A stretch of DNA of 64,000 nt, from assembly GCA_045593325.1 (NCBI GenBank), contig JAZNWL010000067.1, forward strand, positions 1,149 through 65,148, given 5' to 3'. The DNA is from Acutalibacteraceae bacterium. Lineage in GTDB: Bacteria > Bacillota > Clostridia > Oscillospirales > Acutalibacteraceae. The translations under genes were made by a program, and so were the position numbers. How positions within the stretch are numbered: the first letter of the stretch is position 1; each line of letters opens with the position of its first letter. Of the stretch, positions 9,312 through 15,906 are shown piece by piece. The notes below the pieces were generated by a model. That model saw only the letters and a list, made by a program, of their open reading frames with translations, was not told where the DNA came from and searched no databases.

Positions 9312-9479
9312 AGTGGTATTCCGACTTTGTCGGAGTGATATTTTTGCGGTGCAAAAGTGATATTAAAACCTACGGTTTTAGTGATATTTTATTCGCCACC
9401 AAAACTTGCGAAGCAAATAACACTCGGCATTAAGCCGAATACCACTGCGAAGCAATAGAACTCGCCATAAGGCGAATAA
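9312..9479. repeat. Iteron-like array: four direct AGTG(G/A)TATT 9-mers, each followed by a different small palindrome, plus an inverted copy and flanking inverted repeats
   Basis: 9-mers start at 9312 (AGTGGTATT), 9334, 9356 and 9380 (AGTGATATT), with periods of 22, 22 and 24 nt. Hairpins lie between them: tccgac-ttt-gtcgga, ttttgc-ggt-gcaaaa and aaaacc-tac-ggtttt. An inverted AGTGGTATT lies at 9438-9446. TTATTCGCC at 9389-9397 pairs with GGCGAATAA at 9471-9479. Confidence 0.6.
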
Positions 9480-9486
9480 AACTTTA

Positions 9487-9513
9487 GGGAAATGTTCGCT
9501 AAGAACATTTCCC
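9487..9513 (-). terminator. Hairpin downstream of 9545..10621 (probable terminator)
   Basis: Perfect 11-bp stem gggaaatgttc / gaacatttccc with a gctaa loop, 32 nt after the stop. The minus-strand tail is only moderately T-rich. Confidence 0.5.
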
Positions 9514-9544
9514 TAATTCCTGGGATTTCTTTATGTTTATTTTA

Positions 9545-10621
9545 CTACCCTTCAATGGGGAATTTGGTGATTTTTTTCACTGCGTATTTTAAAATTTGCA
9601 GAGCGTCTTTGGCATTGATGCCCTCTTTGCCATCCACTTCGGCGGCTTTTTGTTGGTCGGCGGTAAGGTCGGTCTTCCCAACAGCAAACTTCAATACTTC
9701 CAAGGCATCTTTGGCGTTTACAGCATCATCCCCGTTTACGTCGCCCAAGGTGATATCTGTGGGGGTGGGAACATCGGTATCAGTGGGGGTATCGGTATTG
9801 GTAACAGGATCATTGGGAATATCGGTATCGGTAACGGGATCTTGGGGTTGTTCGGGATTTTCAGGATCTTCAGGTTCAACCGGGTCGGCAGGAGCAACAA
9901 TGGTAGAGGTACCGTAGCCGTTCAGGTTGGCATTGTTCATAATGGAAGCAAAATCGTAATCTTTTACATAATCCAAAGCCACGGTGCCTTCCACGCCACT
10001 CACTTCACCGAAAGCATATTCGCAAATGTGATAGTAGCCGGTATAAGAGGGGTCGGCAATATCGGTGGCGGTAACCGAAGCATTGGCGGCTTCAGTAAAC
10101 CAGGTGTCATAAGCACCCAAAGCGGTCATAACGGTTTCATTATTATTGGCAAAATCAGCAGTTACAAACACGGTGAGATACAAACGACCGCCTTCGCTCA
10201 ATTTTTCCATGATTGCCAACACCAACTCTGCCACGTTGGCGGAAGCGGTTTCGGGAAGTTGCACACAAACGGGATATTCAAATTGTTTGCCGGCAATAAC
10301 TTTTAACATACCAACGGCTTCCCCTTGGGCTTCTTCCACTGTGGTGGCGTTCATTACAAGGTAAGCGCCCACTTCAACCCCTGCGGCTTTTGCACCGGCA
10401 TAGTTTTGTTCAAAAGCGGAATCAGCACCGCCGTTATAAGCGCACAACATGGCAAAATCGCCGTTTTCGTCTGCGGCAACGGCAGTCCAATCGATGTTTG
10501 CGGTTTCGGGAGCAACGGTGAAACCTTTGGCGGTTACGTTTACTTCGGCAGAGGCAGTCATGGTGAACAAGGCGGTGAAAGCCATAACCATTGCCAAAGT
10601 AATTGCTAATACTTTTTTCAT
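9545..10621 (-). CDS. Secreted GH25-like (lysozyme-fold) protein with a Pro/Thr/Asp linker and a C-terminal dockerin
   Basis: Signal peptide MKKVLAITLAMVMAFTALFTMTASA. FEQNYAGAKAAGVEVGAYLV..TTVEEAQGEA...GKQFEYPVCVQLPE and TVALDYVKDYDF resemble the GH25 muramidase pattern (by eye). The C-terminus reads GDVNGDDAVNAKDALEVLKFAVGK...EVDGKEGINAKDALQILKYAVKK. Confidence 0.75.
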   Translation of the reverse strand: MKKVLAITLAMVMAFTALFTMTASAEVNVTAKGFTVAPETANIDWTAVAADENGDFAMLCAYNGGADSAFEQNYAGAKAAGVEVGAYLVMNATTVEEAQGEAVGMLKVIAGKQFEYPVCVQLPETASANVAELVLAIMEKLSEGGRLYLTVFVTADFANNNETVMTALGAYDTWFTEAANASVTATDIADPSYTGYYHICEYAFGEVSGVEGTVALDYVKDYDFASIMNNANLNGYGTSTIVAPADPVEPEDPENPEQPQDPVTDTDIPNDPVTNTDTPTDTDVPTPTDITLGDVNGDDAVNAKDALEVLKFAVGKTDLTADQQKAAEVDGKEGINAKDALQILKYAVKKITKFPIEG

Positions 10622-10665
10622 GATACATTTCCTCTTTCATCAATAAATTTAAATACAGGAATTTC

Positions 10666-10694
10666 AGTATAACAAAGTTTCCAACATTTGTCAA
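10666..10694 (-). promoter_or_regulatory. Sigma-A type promoter for 9545..10621
   Basis: On the minus strand: TTGACA (10689-10694), a 17-nt spacer, then TATACT (10666-10671), about 45 nt upstream of the ATG. Confidence 0.5.
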
Positions 10695-10713
10695 TCAAAC
10701 AATGGGCATACAT

Positions 10714-11466
10714 TTAAGATTGAGGAAAATCGAATTGCGACAAGGAGTACTTTCGATACATATCCCCTACTGTGCATTTTCTCATCACCACGGTAGTAAC
10801 GGCGTTATCGCCTTTTTTATAATGAAACCCGTATACTTTATCAATGGCATGTTCAAAATCAATCACACAAGTACCATAAGGAACAATATCCAAATACACA
10901 CAATCCCCTTTAACAAAGGCGCCTTTATAATGGAGAGATCCTGTTGTCATCCCCGACATGCGATACCAGAGCACCAAACTATAGGTTTCAAAAAACGCTG
11001 CGTTGAACGTGGACTCCGCTTCCTCTTTATTGATATACCCTAAGTCCAAAAAATTTTGATATTCCTCATAAGTTTCAAAATGCCATGCTTGTTCGGTGGT
11101 ACAAATATCATCCTCTACTACTTTCCAGTAGGCAAAGGCAGAGTTAGAAGCAAAGGTAGTCTGTACCGCGCCCTGGTACAGTGGCGATTCTTTTCCCACT
11201 GCATACTTCAAAATGTTCAAGGCATCCACCGCATTCACTACGTCATCATCGTTGGTTTGGGCGGCATGCAAAGCACCAAGAGAGAGACTTTCTTTTTCCA
11301 CCGCATACCGTAGGATACACAAAGCATCTATGGCATTAACGGCACCGTCCAGGTTCACATCACCCAAATAGCCCTTGGTTACGGGGTCGTTTTTTTCTGC
11401 CGCCGAAACCCAAAGGGGCGCACAGAGCAATAACAGGGATAAGAACAAAGCGACCATTCTTTTCAT
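10714..11466 (-). CDS. Secreted protein with an N-terminal dockerin and a C-terminal domain of unknown function
   Basis: Start set to the ATG at 11466 (MKRMVALFLSLLLLCAPLWVSAAE) behind GGGGGA. Directly after the signal peptide: GDVNLDGAVNAIDALCILRYAV...TNDDDVVNAVDALNILKYAVGK. Confidence 0.75.
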   Translation of the reverse strand: MKRMVALFLSLLLLCAPLWVSAAEKNDPVTKGYLGDVNLDGAVNAIDALCILRYAVEKESLSLGALHAAQTNDDDVVNAVDALNILKYAVGKESPLYQGAVQTTFASNSAFAYWKVVEDDICTTEQAWHFETYEEYQNFLDLGYINKEEAESTFNAAFFETYSLVLWYRMSGMTTGSLHYKGAFVKGDCVYLDIVPYGTCVIDFEHAIDKVYGFHYKKGDNAVTTVVMRKCTVGDMYRKYSLSQFDFPQS

Positions 11467-11573
11467 ATTGATTCCCCCTTTGTGTAAAAGCACAGAAAAC
11501 TTCTTTCTATTACTTAAACAAACAAACCTGCCATTTATCTCACCAATTCCCAAAATTTATAAATAAAAAGAAA

Positions 11574-11599
11574 AAGCCTTGCCCAAAAGGACAAGGCTT
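11574..11599 (-). terminator. Terminator after rplL
   Basis: Hairpin aagccttgcc-caaaa-ggacaaggctt (one mismatch), followed on the minus strand by a T-rich run, 19 nt after the rplL stop. Confidence 0.6.
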
Positions 11600-11617
11600 T
11601 GAAAGCGAAAACTGAAC

Positions 11618-11995
11618 TTATTTCAATTCAACTTTAGCGCCAACTTCTTCCAATTTAGCTTTGATAGCATCAGCATCTTCTTTGGAAGCAGCTTCTTTCA
11701 AGGTTTTGGGAGCGCCATCAACCAGAGCTTTGGCTTCGCCCAAGCCCAAACCGGTGATTTCACGAACCTCTTTGATAACTTTGATTTTTTCTGCGCCAAC
11801 TTCAGCCAGAACAACATCAAATTCGGTTTTTTCTTCAGCGGCAGCAGCGCCAGCAGCGGCACCACCGGCAACAACTGCTACGGGAGCAGCGGCAGATACG
11901 CCAAATTCTTCTTCGATAGCTTTAACCAATTCGTTCAATTCCAGAACGGTCATTTCTTTTACAGCATCAATGATAGATGTGATTTTTTCAGACAT
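11618..11995 (-). CDS. rplL: 50S ribosomal protein L7/L12
   Basis: [33 protein letters not shown]..., an Ala-rich hinge, and C-terminal [12 protein letters not shown]. Confidence 0.97.
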   Translation of the reverse strand: MSEKITSIIDAVKEMTVLELNELVKAIEEEFGVSAAAPVAVVAGGAAAGAAAAEEKTEFDVVLAEVGAEKIKVIKEVREITGLGLGEAKALVDGAPKTLKEAASKEDADAIKAKLEEVGAKVELK

Positions 11996-12049
11996 GATAA
12001 TACCTCCATGTTTTTGTTATAAATTTTATAAATTCGTTCCAAACGAAGC

Positions 12050-12577
12050 TTATGCTTCGGCAGTTTCGGCGGGAGCACCCTCGCCCTTGGATTCTGCAAC
12101 TGCATTGATGACACGAGCAAAGCCTGCGATCATTTGACTCAAGCTGCCTGCCAACATACCAAGCAATTCTTCTTTGCCGGGTACTTTGGACAATGCTTCA
12201 ACGGTAGCGACATCCAATGCTTTCCCTTCAGAGAAACCTGCTTTGATGGTGAAGTTTTTGTTGTCTTCGGCATATTTGCAAAGAACCTTTGCAGCAGCCA
12301 ATTCATCATTGCTGAAAGCAATAGCGGTAGTTCCTTCCAGAACACTGTCAAGACCTTCAATACCAACACTGTTCAAAGCGAAACGCAAGTAGGAGTTTTT
12401 CACTACGCGATAGGTAACGCCTGCTTCACGCAATTTCTTACGAAGTTGAGTGTCTTCGGTAACGGTGATACCTTTATAGTCAACGATAACACCGGCACAA
12501 GCGTTAGCCAGTTGTTCGGTCAATTCGGCAACTAATGCTTTCTTTTGTTCTAAAATCTTTTCACTAGGCAAATTCAT
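12050..12577 (-). CDS. rplJ: 50S ribosomal protein L10
   Basis: Typical L10 sequence upstream of rplL. The start is ambiguous: the ATG at 12577 is only 3 nt from GGAGG, and the TTG at 12571 has better spacing. Confidence 0.93.
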   Translation of the reverse strand: MNLPSEKILEQKKALVAELTEQLANACAGVIVDYKGITVTEDTQLRKKLREAGVTYRVVKNSYLRFALNSVGIEGLDSVLEGTTAIAFSNDELAAAKVLCKYAEDNKNFTIKAGFSEGKALDVATVEALSKVPGKEELLGMLAGSLSQMIAGFARVINAVAESKGEGAPAETAEA

Positions 12578-12736
12578 TCACCTCCTGTAATGAATACAAA
12601 AAGCCTTCCCCGCTTTGCGAGGAAGGCACAATGACATAATACCCCAAAAATTGGGTTGACATTTGCTTTTCCTCGGCAGGCGGTTTAGCACCATTATGCT
12701 TTAAAAGCACCTGCTGTCTTTGAAAACAGCATGGGA
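12578..12736 (-). promoter_or_regulatory. Structured rplJ 5' leader (L10-leader-like attenuator)
   Basis: A leader of about 155 nt lies between the promoter and rplJ. It ends in the hairpin gccttcc-N11-ggaaggc followed by TTTTT (12601-12628 on +), immediately before the SD. Firmicute L10 leaders act by transcription attenuation. Confidence 0.55.
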
Positions 12737-12765
12737 ATCATATCACAAACGGTAAGGTTTGTCAA
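12737..12765 (-). promoter_or_regulatory. Promoter of rplJ-rplL
   Basis: On the minus strand: TTGACA (12760-12765), a 17-nt spacer, then TGaTATGAT (-10 at 12737-12742). Confidence 0.55.
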
Positions 12766-12789
12766 GCATCTTTTGCAAAATCAATAAAA

Positions 12790-13482
12790 TTATTGATATT
12801 TAGCAGGATTGATGCGGATGCCGGGGCCCATGGTGGTGGCAATAACGCAAGATTTTACGTATTGACCTTTGGCGGCGGCAGGACGAGCCTTAACGATGGC
12901 ACCCATCAAGGTGTCAAAGTTTTCTTGGAGTTTTTCTACACCGAAGGAAACTTTACCAATGGGGCAGTGAATGATGTTGGTTTTATCCAAACGATATTCG
13001 ATTTTACCGGCTTTGGCTTCGGTAACTGCACGAGCAACGTCGGGAGTAACGGTACCGGCTTTTGGGGTAGGCATCAAGCCACGGGGACCCAGCACTTTAC
13101 CCAAGCGACCTACAACACCCATCATGTCGGGAGTGGCAATTACAACGTCGAAGTCCATAAAACCTTCGTTTTGGATTTTTGCAGCCAGTTCTTCGGCACC
13201 TACGATTTCAGCGCCGGCATCCAGGGCTGCTTTTTCATTGTCGCCTTTGGCGAAAACGCATACGCGAACCTTTTTACCGGTTCCGTTAGGCAATACAACA
13301 GCGCCACGAACTTGTTGGTCAGCGTGACGGGAATCTACGCCCAGACGAACGTGGATTTCCACAGTTTCGTCAAACTTAGCAGTTTTGGTTTTTACTGCCA
13401 GATCCAATGCTTCATTTGCATCGAATAATTGAGCTTTATCGAATAATTTACAGCTCTCAGTATATTTTTTACCGTGTTTCAT
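12790..13482 (-). CDS. rplA: 50S ribosomal protein L1
   Basis: [10 protein letters not shown]... and [27 protein letters not shown]. Confidence 0.97.
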   Translation of the reverse strand: MKHGKKYTESCKLFDKAQLFDANEALDLAVKTKTAKFDETVEIHVRLGVDSRHADQQVRGAVVLPNGTGKKVRVCVFAKGDNEKAALDAGAEIVGAEELAAKIQNEGFMDFDVVIATPDMMGVVGRLGKVLGPRGLMPTPKAGTVTPDVARAVTEAKAGKIEYRLDKTNIIHCPIGKVSFGVEKLQENFDTLMGAIVKARPAAAKGQYVKSCVIATTMGPGIRINPAKYQ

Positions 13483-13540
13483 TAAACCTTATCCTCCTTA
13501 ATAAGTGGTTAAATCGGAAATTTCCTCCCACCCAGGAGCA

Positions 13541-13966
13541 CTAATCGACGACTTCAACGCCCATGCTGCGTGCAGTACCTGCGATCATGCTCATTGCAGC
13601 CTCAATGGATGCGGCATTCAGGTCGGGCATTTTCTGTTCGGCAATTTTTCTGATTTGCTCGCCGGTGATCTTTGCAACCTTTGTCTTGTTGGGAACGCCC
13701 GATGCTTTGTCTAAGCCGCATGCTTTTTTGATGAGCACGGGAGCAGGGGGAGTTTTAGTGATAAAGGTGAAGGAGCGATCGGCATAGACCGTGATAACAA
13801 CAGGGATTACAAGACCCACGTCGTTCTTCGTACGCTCGTTGAATTCTTTGGTGAAAGCCATGATGTTAACACCGTGTTGACCGAGCGCAGGACCTACCGG
13901 GGGGGCGGGTGTAGCCTTACCGGCAGGAATTTGGAGTTTAATGTAGCCCGTAACTTTTTGAGCCAT
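13541..13966 (-). CDS. rplK: 50S ribosomal protein L11
   Basis: [34 protein letters not shown]. Confidence 0.97.
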   Translation of the reverse strand: MAQKVTGYIKLQIPAGKATPAPPVGPALGQHGVNIMAFTKEFNERTKNDVGLVIPVVITVYADRSFTFITKTPPAPVLIKKACGLDKASGVPNKTKVAKITGEQIRKIAEQKMPDLNAASIEAAMSMIAGTARSMGVEVVD

Positions 13967-14092
13967 AGTTTAGCACCTCCGTAATATCGTGGTAATTGGC
14001 GGAACAGTTATAAAAAGAATTCTGTTCCTCCCACAATAAGGAAAAGGCTTTTCCTTATTTCAAGCGGCGACCACGCCGCATATTACCAAATG

Positions 14093-14611
14093 TTAGTCTT
14101 CAGGTTCAACCTGATCCAATTCCAGCTCAACGGGGGTTTCCCGACCGAACATGGAAATGGTGATTTTAACTTGATTATTGGTCAAGTCAATTTCGTCTAC
14201 TATGCCGGTAAAGCCGGTAAGAGGACCGTCAACGATTTTGATGCTGTCACCCACGTTGTAGGAAACTTCAACCGTTTTGGTTTCAACCCCTAAGCGGCGA
14301 ACCTCTTCATCGGTAAGGGGAACGGGTTTGGATGCAGGGCCAACAAACCCGGTGCAACCGTGAACGTTCCGTACCACGTACCAGGAATCATCGGTTACGA
14401 TCATTTTTACCATAACATAGCCGGGGAAAATTTTTCTTTCCACTTCTTTTTTCTTGTTATCCTTAATTTCCACCACGGTTTCGGTGGGCACCTTGATCTC
14501 ATGAATCAAATCATGCATCTTACGGTTTTCCACCAATTTTTCCAGGTTGCTGGCTACTTTGTTTTCATAGCCTGCATAGGTGTGGATAACATACCATTTT
14601 GCTTCAGCCAT
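14093..14611 (-). CDS. nusG: Transcription termination/antitermination factor NusG
   Basis: KWYVIHTYAGYENKV... and FPGYVMVKM, with a C-terminal KOW segment (GDSIKIVDGPLTGFTGIV). Confidence 0.95.
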   Translation of the reverse strand: MAEAKWYVIHTYAGYENKVASNLEKLVENRKMHDLIHEIKVPTETVVEIKDNKKKEVERKIFPGYVMVKMIVTDDSWYVVRNVHGCTGFVGPASKPVPLTDEEVRRLGVETKTVEVSYNVGDSIKIVDGPLTGFTGIVDEIDLTNNQVKITISMFGRETPVELELDQVEPED

Positions 14612-14648
14612 TTGCTGTTCTCCTTTCTAATGTTTGAAAGGATTCATC

Positions 14649-15350
14649 CTATGCACTTGCATTGTTGCCGAAACACAACTCGAACAATTCGCCCAGTCCC
14701 AAGTCTACCAGCCAGATGATGACCAAAGCGATGGCACAGAAACCCAAAACAACCAGAGTGTTTTTCACAACACTGCGGGGGCCGGGCCATACAACTTTTT
14801 TCAGTTCCGACTTGTATTCCCGCACAAATTTGAAAATCTTGCGGGGAATGGTCAGAGCGCCGGTTTCTTTGCATACCACTGCGTCATGTGCCAACACGCC
14901 TGCTGCGCAAACCACAACAGAAGCGATGCTGCCGATTACGGCCAGCAACATAAACATAGTGTAAGAAAGAGTTGCGCCTGCCACGCGGCCCATGTCAACA
15001 TAAGCCACGGGGTCATCTGCAATAAACACAACCAGCAAAATGCTTGCCAGTACACCGGTTACCAAAGCGGTTCCGTTCCAGCCTTTTTTCTTGGAAACAA
15101 GGCCCAACACCATGGAAAGTGCGGTTAAAATAACCAGAACAAACGCACCGAAGAAATAGCCGCCTTTAAAGGTGGTCATCCCGGCACCAAGTTGTTCGGA
15201 CAGATCGCCGCCCATGGCGCATTGCAACCCGTTCAAGGTTGCGGTTTGTTCGGAAACGGTCACGTCAACAAAGGGGAAGAAAAATGCCACTAAAGTTCCA
15301 ACTGCCAAAAGAACAGCCAAAACCCGCAATACGTTACTTGCAAATTTCAT
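14649..15350 (-). CDS. secE: SecE translocon subunit with a long multi-TM N-terminal extension
   Basis: The C-terminal roughly 60 aa read KIFKFVREYKSELKKVVWPGPRSVVKNTLVVLGFCAIALVIIWLVD, the SecE signature plus a TM. They are preceded by about 165 aa with four hydrophobic segments. ATG at 15350 lies 7 nt after AGGAGGA, between rpmG and nusG. Confidence 0.8.
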   Translation of the reverse strand: MKFASNVLRVLAVLLAVGTLVAFFFPFVDVTVSEQTATLNGLQCAMGGDLSEQLGAGMTTFKGGYFFGAFVLVILTALSMVLGLVSKKKGWNGTALVTGVLASILLVVFIADDPVAYVDMGRVAGATLSYTMFMLLAVIGSIASVVVCAAGVLAHDAVVCKETGALTIPRKIFKFVREYKSELKKVVWPGPRSVVKNTLVVLGFCAIALVIIWLVDLGLGELFELCFGNNASA

Positions 15351-15362
15351 CACTTTGTCCTC

Positions 15363-15512
15363 CTATTTGGTTTCCCGATGGAGTGTGTGCTTCCTGCAAA
15401 ATCTGCAATACTTGTTCATCTCAAGACGATCGGGATTGTTCTTCTTGTTTTTGATGGTGTCGTAATTGCGTTGTTTGCACTCTGTGCATGCCATTGTAAT
15501 TTTTACTCTCAT
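15363..15512 (-). CDS. rpmG: 50S ribosomal protein L33 (Cys-containing form); too short for the ORF track
   Basis: Hand translation: [49 protein letters not shown], 49 aa. AGGAGGTG lies upstream and the gene sits directly 5' of secE. Confidence 0.92.
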   Translation of the reverse strand: MRVKITMACTECKQRNYDTIKNKKNNPDRLEMNKYCRFCRKHTLHRETK

Positions 15513-15695
15513 TCATGGCACCTCCTGATTTTCGGAATTTTACCCTCGGCAAGGTGGAAACCTTGCCGAAAGATCCTCCCTCTTCCTTAGGCGATTTTCG
15601 GTGAAATTCTTTCGCAAAGATGCCCAATCTTATAGCCGTTTGACCACGGCGCGAAAAAAGTTGTACAAAAAAAAGACCCTCGGAGAGGTATAGTC

Positions 15696-15724
15696 AATAT
15701 ACCACACTCCTCCCCAAAGGTCAA
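15696..15724 (-). promoter_or_regulatory. Promoter of rpmG-secE-nusG
   Basis: On the minus strand: TTGACC (15719-15724), a 17-nt spacer, then TGgTATATT (-10 at 15696-15701). This leaves a leader of about 180 nt. Confidence 0.5.
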
Positions 15725-15837
15725 GAGTTTTTTTGCCATTTTTCCCTGGTTTTCCTTGATTTTTCTTGACTCTTGTGGCATATCGGGCTTTTTTATCCCA
15801 TATCTTGTGGAAGAAAGAAATCATAATCCCGGAAACA

Positions 15838-15866
15838 TTGACAAAAAACCGTATTTGTATTATTAT
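15838..15866 (+). promoter_or_regulatory. Promoter of the phosphoglucomutase gene
   Basis: TTGACA (15838-15843), a 17-nt spacer, then TATTAT (15861-15866), 40 nt upstream of the ATG at 15907. Confidence 0.5.
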
Positions 15867-15906
15867 TTACATATAATAATGTATCATATAAGGAGGCAGT
15901 CAAAAC

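Noticed and set aside
9312-9388. Considered as a miniature CRISPR array
   Set aside because: The repeats are only 9 nt and the spacers 13-15 nt and palindromic. There are four units, no leader and no cas genes. The dimensions are incompatible with CRISPR.
15421-15824. Track ORFs 15421..15627(-), 15587..15781(-) and 15630..15824(-) in the rpmG upstream region
   Set aside because: They overlap the real 49-codon rpmG in another frame, or lie in the promoter/leader region. They have no SD, and their basic, low-complexity translations look random.
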